Below the pieces are notes generated by a model. It did not search any database. It was not told the origin of the DNA and worked only from the letters and a program-made list of their open reading frames with translations. A DNA stretch of 64,000 nt, taken from positions 67,704,001-67,768,000 of the forward strand of contig CM126219.1 of the NCBI GenBank assembly GCA_052327205.1. The letters are read 5' to 3'. This document shows, in pieces, positions 27,501 through 39,500 of this stretch. The stretch is from Somniosus microcephalus. Lineage: Eukaryota. Position 1 is the first letter of the stretch; each line of letters begins with the position of its first letter. The translations under genes and the position numbers were made by a program.

Positions 27501-30500
27501 TATTAGTGAATCACATAAGAAGTACACTCCATTATTTCAGAGCAAATCTTTAGTAATTACATGAACAGAGGCAGATACTAAATTTTAACCATCTAGCAAT
27601 ACTGAATTTGCTGCAGCTATTCTATCGCTGCACTCTATTAATGATACCATATACAGGCTGAGACACCCCACATTATCCTCAAGAAACAACTGAAAGGTAT
27701 CGCCACCACAGTAAACTAAATTCATGCAAGTCACACCTAAAGATGGAAATATATACCACTGCTGCTAGATTTCACGTGGTGTATTTATTATGCAAGGTGG
27801 TCAGTACAACCCCCCCCCCCTCCCCCACTAAGAGCTGCTGTATATAAACAACAAATATACCCCAGAAAAAGTTCGGCATCTCAAGTTTAAATTTCGTCAT
27901 TACAAGTTGCACATCTGGATGGCTCAATAATCCAAATGGAAATATCTAAATCAAGTTCCTGAATTCTAAGCACCTTACCTCAAATCTAAGTTTACCTTGC
28001 CTCATAGAAAGAGCACTTGTTAAATATAAAGCAACTTGCTAACTCCACTATCCCCAATACAGGAAAATAGGCAACACCTTCAAGAGGTGACTGGATTAAC
28101 CAGATACTCAGCACTCAAGCTTTGATAAATTCCATCCACCATTTATAGAAAATTACAATGCCATTTCAAAAACAGCAAAGAAACAATGCTAAGGAAAACG
28201 AATACTGGGATCAGACCCGGCCAGCGGTTCAATTTACACTCATTTGCTTCTGCCCATTTAATAGAAAATTTACATAGCATGTGCAGAATTGGAATCTTGA
28301 ACCAGGTGATCCTGCAAGGAGCTAAGTTAGCGTGCGTGTTGGAATGCTAAGATCACTGAAGCATCCCTGGGTCAAATGGTCCTCTACTGATGTCAGCTAG
28401 CTTTCTCAGTTTTAATTCAGACTGCCATATCTGCGCTGAAAAGACTGTAAAAGCCACTCAAACTGGCAAACTGCAGGACAGTCTGAGCAGCTTCGCAGCA
28501 GCACCACACGTTGGCATCCTGTCTCAGGCATGGAAGCCAATTCAGAAGAAAGCACAAAAATGTTACTATTGGCCCAGCTCAAACAACAGATGGGATATTA
28601 ACTTTTAACTTTGGCCTCGTGTTATCCAAGTCCACGTAGAGAACACATAGCTAGGAATTCTACTGCAAACCCAAGTAAAACAGAATTTATGACCACATTC
28701 ACCCATGTCAGTTTTTTGTGCCCGAAGAAAACAGCTTTTCTAGGCTCAATTTAATGCAACAAAATTCTTCATTGTGAAGAATGTGAATTAGGCGTTAAGC
28801 AGATTATCATTTGTCTCGTTTCACCTTGCACACGACATTTATAGGTTATGCAGAAACTATAAACTTAAGGCATATTTCTATAAAGTTTATTAAAGTAGTT
28901 AGGCAGAACGCAATCCACAAATATCACAACGTGCACTTAGGATAAGCAAAATGAGAAACTCATTTAAGCCAATAAATAGTTCACAGCAAGGCCCTACAAT
29001 TCATTATTTAGAAATCTGAAAATGCCCATTCAAGAATTTAGGGTTTTCGCAGGGAGGATTCAATTAACTTCACTACAAATATTAAAATCAGTACCCCTGT
29101 CAAACCATGCCAAAACCCCAGTTGCCACTTACACCAAAGCATCACACCCCAAACGTACCCAATCATGAAAAGCAACATGCATTTTACTGAAGTGACAAAC
29201 AGGATTTGAAAGGATTCCCATACCTTTTCTTTTTTCTGAACAAGCAAAGATAACACACAAGAAAAGAAAGAGAATAATTTTAAATAGAGCCAAAGTCAAA
29301 AGACTAGATGGAAAAGAAAAAAATAAGGCACCTTTTGAGGGCAAGCTTGCAGTTGGTAAAATAGTCAAGAGATCCAATTCAAAGATCAAAATCATTTTTC
29401 CCAGAAGCTTAACCTTTTTTCCCTTCCCTGCAGCCAAAAAAAAATTCAGCTCCATGACTCCCTCCCCCAAGCCAATCAGTCCAAGGTACCTAGAGACAAG
29501 CTCAAGTGGCAAGAGAAAATCAATTGGCAGAATGGTACAGAAACAAGGTTTTGAGGGGAAAGGACGACATTAAAAATGACAACTGATCACTTGAGCATCA
29601 ATAGCCCACACCGATCACTAGGGTATTATGCCATGAGCTCCATAGCACCCCTCATTTCCTTCTTCCATCCCCAACTTCAATCTTCAGAAACACACATTTT
29701 CTTAGTCATACAAAGAGGTTTGCAATGTTGATTTTCATCTGCACTCTCAGACCAAGTAAATGCAGGGCAGCGTAATGTCATAGCACAGTAATGTACTCTA
29801 AACTACACCAGGGAGTAGTGGACAGAAGGTTACAACCATGATTATTACATACACTCATTTCCAGTGTGGTGTTGAGCAGAGTCTAGGAGTTTTACCCATT
29901 GGGGATAATAATTGTTGGCAATCCCAGAGTATCCCTGTGCATCTGCCAGTGGCGGCTTAAGGCAGCAGTGAGAGGTCGGCGAGAGGCTGCGTACACAGTG
30001 ACAGAGGTCGGCAAGAGGCCGCGTACAGAGAGAGAGAGGTCGGCAAGAGGCCGTGTACATACATTTCAGCTAGGGAATAGCGAGAGGATGCAGCAAGTGT
30101 AAATAGCGTCGGAAGAGGTGACAAAAAATTGGAAAGCCTGCAATCAGTTTTCATGGGCATCTACATCACTAAGATTGATACTGTTCAATCACCTCTGCTG
30201 CATCCCCCCCCCCACACACACACACTAAGCCAAGTCTCTCAATTAGGTTCCCCCTGCCATAGTGCTGAACCCACGCCTTTTGCCAGTTGTTATATCTATG
30301 TACATGGAGGGATTCTAGATTTATAAAACACACCAATGCATTTTTTTTTTTTTTTAAATAAGCAGAACACCTTAGTCTACTAAAGCACTCCACTTACTGC
30401 ATACCAGTTTGCTCCAGTGATTTCCAATACCCCGATTTTGAAGACCGAACCAAATGATCAGAATCATCTGACGAAGGGTCATCAACTTGAAACAGTAACT

Positions 30501-33500
30501 TTGTTTCTCTCCACAGATGCTGCCTGACATGGAGTATTTCCAGCATTTTCTGTTTTGATTAGAATCAGTGTACCTTCAAAAGGTCAAGTATGCTGACAAA
30601 AAGCAGAGAATGCTGAAAGGTAGGTTACACCAGGGGCCACAGCAAATTGTTCCACTGTGATTACATAGAAACATAGAAGATAGGAGCAGGAGTAGGCCAT
30701 TCGGCCCCTCGAGCCTGCTCCGCCATTCAATGTGATCATGGCTGATCATCCAAATTCAGTACCCTGTCCCTGCCTTCTCCCCATATCCCTTTAGCCTTAA
30801 GAAATATATCTAACTCCTTCTTGAATATATTTAATGAATTGGCCTCAACTGCCTTCTGTGGTAGAGAATTCCACAGGTTCACCACTCTCAGGGTGAAGAA
30901 ATTCCTCCTCATCTCAGTCCTAAATGGCTTACCCCTTATCCTTAGACTGTGACCCCTGGTTCTGGACTCACCCGCCATTCGGAACAGCCTTCCTGCATCT
31001 AGTCTGTCTAGTCCCGTTAGAATTTTATAAGTTTCAATGAGATCCCCTCTCATTCTTCTAAACTCTAGCGAATATAAGCCTAAATCGACCCAATCTCTCT
31101 CCATACGTCATTCCTGCCATCCCAGGTATCAGTCTGGTGATTCTTCGCTGCACTCCCTCCATGGCAAGAACATCCTCAGATAAGGTGACCAAAACTGCAC
31201 ACAATACTCAAGGTGTAGTCTCACCAAGGCCCTGCACAACTGCAGCAAGACATCCTTGTTCCTGTACTCGAACCCTCTCACTATGAAAGCCAGCATACCA
31301 TTTGCCTTCTTAACCGCCTGCTGCACCTGCATGCTTACCTTCAGCGACTGGTGCACAAGGACACCCAGGCCTTGTTGCACTTCCCCTTTTCCCAATCTAT
31401 TGCCGTTCAGATAATAATCTGCCTTCCTGTTTTTGCCACCAAAGTGGATAACCTCGCATTTATCCACATTATACTGCACCTGCCCAATCGCCCAACTTGT
31501 CCAAATCGTACTGGAGTTTCTCTGCATCCTCCTCACAGCACACACGCCCACCCAGCTTTGTGTCGTCTGCAAACTTGGAGATATTGCATCTAGTTCCCTC
31601 GTCTAGATCATTAATATATATTGTGAATAACTGGGGTCCTAGCACCAATCCCTGCGGTACGCCACTAGTCACTGCCTTCCACTCAGAAAAAGACCCGTTT
31701 ATTCCAACTCTTTGCTTCCTGTCTGCCAACCAGTTTTCTTTCCAAGTCAGTACCTTACCCCCAATCCCACGTGCTTTAACTTTGCACGCTAATCTCTTAT
31801 GCGGGACCTTATCGAAAGCCTTCTGAAAGTCCAAATACACCACATCCACTGGTTCTCCCTTATCTATTCTACCAGTTACATCCATTAGAATGTAGAATTC
31901 TCTGCCATGGAAAGGATATGGGGAACGAGGCGAGTGGGATTAGATTACTTGTGGAGGGAGCACTGGTGTAGACTTGATCGATCATTTGACCCTTCTACGT
32001 CATGCATTCCCATCTCAGTTGGGTTGTTTGTGGAAGTGCCCAAAGTAGAGATGCTTAAGAAAAGTAGGTTGAAGAGAGGTCAGCCTGCAAACAATTCTTG
32101 GCCACCAAATTATAGCGTAGTAATCAGAGACTCAACTACAGAATGGTACGTGGTGCAGGACCAAAAGAACGCAGAGTTTATCAATTAAGAATTATGCATA
32201 TTTACATTTCACAAATTAGTCAACTTTAGTTAAACAAAATCAGCAAGACAAATAGAAATTTTGAAGATTCAGAACCACATTAGAGTCAGACTATTATTGC
32301 ATTTACTATTATTCCTACCCAACAAGGTTTTCTATCATTTTACTGATCACTGTACAAAAAAAGGGAACAGTTGCAATCCAGCCTACACAGACTAAAAACT
32401 GCTATTCCTTAGCAAGTGGCAAGTTAATATAAAGGCAGCATGCTAGAGATAGCAACCTACACACTTTATATTTGGGGAGCAGAACCAAAATGTAGGGAAG
32501 TAGCTGCCCTCAAAAGGATGCCACATCAGGAATTAATTTAGAGGTTTTTATTATTAAAACCCAGAGATAATTTTTCAGCAAATTCATTTTACACTAGTCA
32601 TAACCACTTGCCCAGTTTAAACTGCTCGTGTCTGATAGGGGATAAAGCCTAAATTCTGTGATCAAGTTAAGGGCCTTCAAGACGCTTCTACTTTCCCAGT
32701 CCAGATACATGATAAAGTTCCCTATACTCTGCCCTGGTAATGTGCCTCAATTCTAATTTAGAAGTGAATGTTATTTCTGAAGCCAGCCATTCTTATGGAC
32801 CTATGAACAAGATTCCCAACAGATGTCAACCATCAATCGCCATACCTCCCACTAGGAAACTGAACTGCTAACTCATTTCCAACATTCCACTAGTGCATAA
32901 ACTGGAAGAGATCAGTATCATGGCATTCAGGCCCTACCCAGAAAGAAGTGAGCAAATCTAAGACAGCACATTTAACAAGTCTTTCATAGAATCTTACAGC
33001 ACAGATGAAGGCCATTCGGCTAGTCATGTGCGTACTAGCACTTTGAAAGAGCAGTCGTGCTTAGTCCCACACCCCTGCTTTTTGTCTGTAACCCTGCAAG
33101 TTCAAGTATCTGTCTAACTCCCTTTATGGAATCAACTTTCACCACCTTTTCAGGTAGAGCGTTCCAGATCCGAACAACTCAAATTATTTCTTCTCATCTC
33201 CCCTGTAGATCTTTTGCCAATGATTTTAAATTCATGACCTTTGGTTATTGACCCACTCACCAGAGGGAACAGCCTTTCTTTATGTACCCATCATCTTGAA
33301 CAACTCAATTAAGTCACCTTCAACGTTCTCTAAGCTGTGTGGCCGTGCAGCGCTCAAGGTGCCACGCAGCCGGCTTTTAAACAGCAAAACCGCGTATGCG
33401 CAGAATTTTGAATGACCCGCGCAGCTCATTAATATGCGGGCTAACAAGAGAAGTTAAAGATAGTATTGGTCAAAGGAAGAGGCTTATAATGTTGCAAAAA

Positions 33501-36500
33501 AGTAGCAAGCCTGAGGATTGGGAGGATTTTAGAATTCAGCAAAGGAGGACCAAGAAATTGATAAAGGGAAAATAGAAAGAGTAAACTAGCGAGAGACATA
33601 AAAACAGACTGTAAAAGCTTCTATAGGTATGTAAAAAGGAAAAGATTAGCAAAAGTAAGTCCCTTACAGGCTGAGACAGGAGAAATTATACAGGCTGATG
33701 CAGGAGAAATGATAATGGGGAATAAGGAAATGGCAGAGAAATTGAACAAATACTTTGGGCTGAATTTTGCCGGCGTCAGAGTGCGGGTTTGGAGGCGGGT
33801 CCGCTGTCAAAATCAAAATGATTGACAGTGGGTTGGAAACCCGCTGCAAACCCACCTCCATGTAAGTTTCCAAAGTGTCGGGTCAGCGATTTCAGAACAG
33901 ACCCAACGCCAAGCGGCAGGGGAGACATTTAAGATACTTAACTGCTTGTTAAGTGCTTGTTTACTACTATTTTGCCAGCCTATTTCTACCACATTTTTAA
34001 CAGGGTTCACGTCAGGTAAGGTGGTCAGGTTCTCTAGGTCTCCCCATTGCTGTGAATAGGTGACAACTGCAAAAGTGGTATGAAAGCTACCACGTCACAG
34101 CTGGTCACATTCCAATGTCAGAAGCTTGAGCCTTCAGGACTTGGAAGACACTTTTGAGCTGTATGCAGTTTGGAAGTGTTTGGAGTAAACTCTCCATCCA
34201 CTGTCACCTCCTTGGAGCAAGCGCTTTCATTATTGACAGGTCACTTCTCTATCATCTCAGCTTCAGCTGCCATCTATTCCAGCAACATCGATGTCCTTGA
34301 AAAAACCTTGGTCCTCTGAATCCCTCCACGATCAACCCAAACACAGGACACACAGCATCAGCACCCGACAACATTGCTGCCCAGGAGGGCAGCGATGGCA
34401 TCACCATGGCTAGATTTACTTCACTTGACGCTGTACACCCTGGCTGCCACATGATGCACCAGGTTAACCCCACACCATCACCATAAAGCATTCCTACAAT
34501 GACCAAGCTATTCCTTTCACAATCACCATTGCGGGGGGTACCGTTATGTCTCACTATTCACTGCAACTCACTAAGACCCTTTCAAAGGTGAGCACAGATC
34601 TGTAAAATAAGGCAAAGTGTTGAAAATAAAGATTTCAATGTCTGACAACACATTAGAGAAAATTTACATGAACATTGCATAAGACACCCAGGTGCCTACC
34701 CTTGTGTGTTAGTTGGTATGATTGCACTAGTGAGAGGGTGAGGGGTGGCTAGTGAGATGGGGAAGTGATAATGTAGATAGAGAGGGATGGGTGAGGGTGC
34801 AAGGTAAGTTGGGGTGAGTAAGGATGTGCAGGAGTAGGGTAGGGAAGGCAGAGTGATGGGATGTGATGAGTGGCACAGCAGGTGAGGTTGAGTGTGGCTT
34901 TGCAGTTTCGTAATCTAAGATCATTGAAAGGTTTGTGCCACTGCAGCCAGGTACTCCTGACGACATCCCTGCTTTTTCCCTCCTGTGCAATGTGCAACCA
35001 GGCTGCGTTGGTGTCCTGGGGAGGTCTACTCCACCCGTGGAAGGGAGGAGAACCTCCCTGCGTGCTGTGACTCCCTCCATAAGCATATGGAGGGAGTCAC
35101 GAGAGCGCCTAGGTGCAGCCGTGCACCTTTGTGCAGTGCTAGTCAGTGTTTGCAGCACCTCAACGCTGCAGAACACAGACAGCACAACTGTCAAAATAAA
35201 TGCGGCCATGGTCCCTTTAAGGAAGTCGGCTGATGACACATCAAATGATGTCATCAGACCCGCTTCCTTCCAATTGGCTGGGAATCCCGCAGGGCGGGCT
35301 TAACAAGCCCCTTAACGGAAAATCCTTTTTACAGAGCAGCTGCAGCGGGACTGGAACCCACCAACCACCTGTCCCGCCACCACTGGCAAAATCGTGGCCT
35401 GTGTGTCTGTCTTCATGGAAGAAGACGCAAAAAACTTTTCGTAAATAGTGGAGAACCAAGGCTCTAGCGAGAATGAGGAACTGAAAGAAATTAGTAAAAA
35501 AAATAGTACGAGAGAAATTAATGGACTGAAAGCCAATAAATCCCCATGACCTGATGGCCTACATCCTAGGGTTTTGAAAGAGGTGGCTAGAGATAGTCAA
35601 TGGTTGTTATTTTCCAAAATTCCATAGATTCTAGAACAGTTCCTGCGGATTGCAAGGTAGCAAATGTAGCCGCACTATTTAAGAAAGGAGGGAAGAGAGA
35701 AAACGGGGAACTACAGACCAGATAGTTTGACATCAGTAGCAGGGAAAATGCTAGAATTTATTATTAAGGACGTGGTAACAGGGCACTTAAAAAATAACAG
35801 GATTGGGCAGAGTCAGATTTATGAAAGGTAAATTGTGTTTTGACGAATCAGTTTTGAAGTTTTAACTAGCAGAATAGATAAGGGGGGGAAGCAGAGGATG
35901 CGGTGTATTTGGATTTTCAGAAGGCATTCGATAAAGGTGCCACACAAGGTTATTAAACAAAACTAGGGCTCATGGGATGGGGGCAATATACTAGCATGGA
36001 TTAAGGATTGGCTAACAGACAGAAAACAGAGTAGGAATAAACTGGTCATTTTTGGGTTGGCAGGCTGTAACTAGTGGGGTGCCGCAAGGTCAGTGATTGG
36101 GCCTCCGCTATTCATAATCTACAAGAAACTAGTTTAAACAGCACCTAATTATCCGAAATTCTCTAATAACCGGCAAAATTCTGGAGTAGGTTGAGGCTTC
36201 CGTATACTGTATATTTGTTGCCGTGTAACCAGGGCCCCTGCACCTGGGTCTGTGGAACGGGGCTCTCGTACCATGGGCCATTGTCACTCCATGTCCCTTC
36301 TTTGTTATCCGGAATTCTTAATCAACCGGCACCATCCCGGTCCCGTCGGTGCCGGATACCAAAGAGTTTCCTGTATATCAATGATTTGGATGAGGGGACC
36401 AAATGTAATATATCCAAGTTTGCTAATGATACAAAGCTAGTTGGGAATTTAAGTTGCGAGGAGGATGCAAAGAGGCTTCAAGGGGATATAAACAGGCTAA

Positions 36501-39500
36501 GTGAGTGGGAAAGAACATGGTACATTAACTTGAATATAATGTGGAAAAATGTGAAGTTATCCACTTGGTAGGAAAAAAAAAAAAATAGAAAAGCAGAGTA
36601 CTTTTCAAATGGAGAGAGATTGAGAAATGTTGGTGTTCAGAGGGACCTGGGTGTCCTTGTAGACAAATTACTGAAAGTTAACATGCAGGTACTGCATGCA
36701 ATTAGGAAAGCAAATGGTATGTTGTACTCAAATCCTCTTGTAATAAAGGCCAAGAGTAAAGGCGTCTTACTGCAATTATATAGGGCCCTGGTGAGACCAC
36801 ACCTGGAGTATTGTGTACAGTCTATATTCTCTAGAGTTAAGAATGAGAGGTGATCTCATTGAGACATACAAAATTCTTACAGGGCTCGACAGGGTAGATG
36901 CAGGGAGGATGTTGCCCCTGGCTGGAGAGTCTCGAACCAGGGGTCACAGTCTCAGAATAAGGGGTCGGCCATTTAGGACTGAGATGAGGAGACATTTTTT
37001 CACTCAGAGGGTGGTGAATCTTTGGAATCCTCTACCCCAGAGGGCAGTGCAGGCTCAGTCGTTGAGTATATTCAAGACAGAGATCGATAGATTTTTTTAG
37101 ACATTAAGGGAATCAAGAGATATGGGGATAGTGCAGGAAAGTGGAGTTGAGGTAGAAGATCAGCCATGATCATATTGAATGACTGAGCAGGCCTGAGGGG
37201 GCAAATGGCCGACTCCTGCTCCTATTTCTTATGTTCTTAAAGGGGCCACTGGTCACCTCTTAACCTTCTCTATTCCATTCTTTGATCAGGTTAACTAGAG
37301 ATGGAACCCTACATTGCTCCAGAGATAATTCCAACATCTTGGTTAATATTTCTAAAGCAGCCACAATATTTATATTGCAATCAGTTCAGATAAAGAAGTT
37401 ATCAATTTTCTCTAAAAATTAAACATGCTATGGTATTGAGTTACAAAAGGGCATCTCAAAATTACCACACAACCAATCTCCCAAGCTACAGTTTTTAAAG
37501 GCAGCCAAACACCAAAAAAGTTCATTAGCCCAAGGATAAATGTTTGGAAAGAGTCTCAAATTTTTCTTTAATTAACAAACTGAAGAAACTGTCATCTTTC
37601 GTGTCTGGGATTACATTCCTCCAATTCAGATTACCTTTTCTTTACCCTTGGCTGGGCTGGTGGATTTAGATATTGAACCAGTAGCTTCTTTCTCCACCAT
37701 CCCAAAGTAACGCTGCTCAGATTGCGTGTGAAAGGACACAGTCCCTTTTGGAAGTTTTTTAATACGAATTGCATGGTTCCTCTGTGCTGAAAGTACATCC
37801 TTTAGAAGGAAAAAAAATACATTTTAAATTACTGATTGATAAAAGCCAATACCCAATACATAGGCTACCAAGAAAAAGACTTGCCATGACTCTTGTGTAT
37901 ATATATGATCTATATTTGGATACTAAAAATTTAATGTTTTGACATCATAGGCAAAATATCCAAATTTTAAAGAAAAACCAATGTGAAGACCAGCCTCTAG
38001 CTAGGATTAGAAAATTGGCTTTAAATTGCTCATCTTCTGTATCTACTCTATGACTGGAAGTAACAAAACTGTGGGCGTCACACTCATCCAGAAACGGAAA
38101 CATGGTGTATCAGTATTTTGTGCCATAAAATTTGATACTGCTAGTTGAAACCACTGTGGAAACAAGAAACATTAAATATTTATTGCAAAGTTATAATTTT
38201 GTGGGTGGTTGGGGGGAAGAAAGAGAAATTCTCATTCTTCTCCAGCACTCCCTGCACTATTCCTCAAAGGCAGGCAGACCCTATCTACCCCAATGATGCT
38301 TTGCTGGGAGGAGGCCAAATGTGCATGAAGCAACCTGGCCTCCAATCTTCCGTTCCTTGAGGAGAGCTTCTTCCCCTCCCCCAACAACTCATTTCGGGAT
38401 CAGAATTCAGCACAGAAAATTTTCAAGGGATTCATACTCTGTACATCAAAAGCAAAACACTACAAGACTTTATATTTTTAAACATACTTCAAACTGTGCA
38501 TACAAGAATCTTGAAGTAATGCTGTCACTTGACCCTGGTTGTAAATGTATCAACATAACAAGTGTGTATCTAATAACTTGTCAAAGTCAGATATTTCAAA
38601 CTTTCATTTACTTAGTTTGTGATTTTCTACCCCGCCTCCCAGTTTCCTTCCTTCACCAAAGGACTCGGTTTGCTGAACAGTTCCATCGGCCACTCTGTCT
38701 CTTTCAGATACCTCACACAAGTGGCCACTCTTCACGTTTAATCAACCATCAGATTGGTTCAGTTGGCAGCACTCACCTCTGGGGCAATATGTTGCGAGTT
38801 GAAGTCCCACACCAGGATTGAGCACATAAGATAGGCTGACACTTCAGGAGGGAATGCAGTACTGAGGGAGTGCTGCATTGTCAGAGGCTAAATTAAAGCC
38901 CTGTCTACCTGTTCGGGTGGATACAAAAGATCCTACAGCACTATTCTGCATGTACCACAGCCAATATTCCTTCACCAACCAACATCAAAATTAAACCAAG
39001 TATATCTCAACTGCTGTTTCTGGGATTTTGCTGTACACAAACAACTGTTCGCCTACAGCAACTGCAGCTAAACTAACCCATTGGATGTGAAGTGCTATAT
39101 AAAATTAATTAATTTGTAGACACAATGTTGACTTCACAGAGGCCAACTGTAGTGCCTTTACCACAACCCCAGGTGAGAGCAATGAACCAGGGATCAGAGA
39201 TCCAGTGTATGGTTCCTTTATCAACTCAGTCATTGGAAAAGCTGCCAATCAGTATTTAGACACATAACAAAAGCATCCAATATATAAATTGAAGCACTTA
39301 CAGGGACAACTGTGAACTCAACTTCATCTGAGATGTGGAGCTGGAGACTATCCATGATCTCACTAAAGTGGAAGAACATTCGAGCATCTCGATCTACACA
39401 TTTAATGAAACCAAAACCATCTCTCATGGCTGCAATCACACCCTACAGAGAAAAGAGAATCTGTAAATCTGCAGAAAAAAAAGGAATTTAGAAATCCTAA

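Larger units (their letters stand above)
33438..37238 (+). mobile_element. Long decayed CR1 LINE in three pieces (33438-33756, 35400-36121, 36374-37238)
   Basis: AEKLNKYF|VSVF is interrupted at 33756. QLFxIY|INDLDEG is interrupted at 36121. RPHLEYCVQ and 3' tail ttcttatgttctt present. Confidence 0.9.
33321..37251. mobile_element. Probable hAT-type non-autonomous element (pieces 33321-~33432 and ~37239-37251) hosting later insertions
   Basis: Ends CAACG...CACTG (CA..TG). Flanking 8-bp near-duplication gtcacctt / gtcacctc is typical of hAT target-site length. Confidence 0.5.

Noticed and set aside
29971-30059. 32-bp repeats that could suggest a CRISPR array
   Set aside because: The units are directly tandem with no unique spacers, the context is eukaryotic, and there are no cas genes.
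1058-37100. Many 60-210 aa ORFs with reverse-transcriptase motifs
   Set aside because: All are frameshifted, 5'-truncated CR1 ORF2 fragments. None is an intact or domesticated gene.
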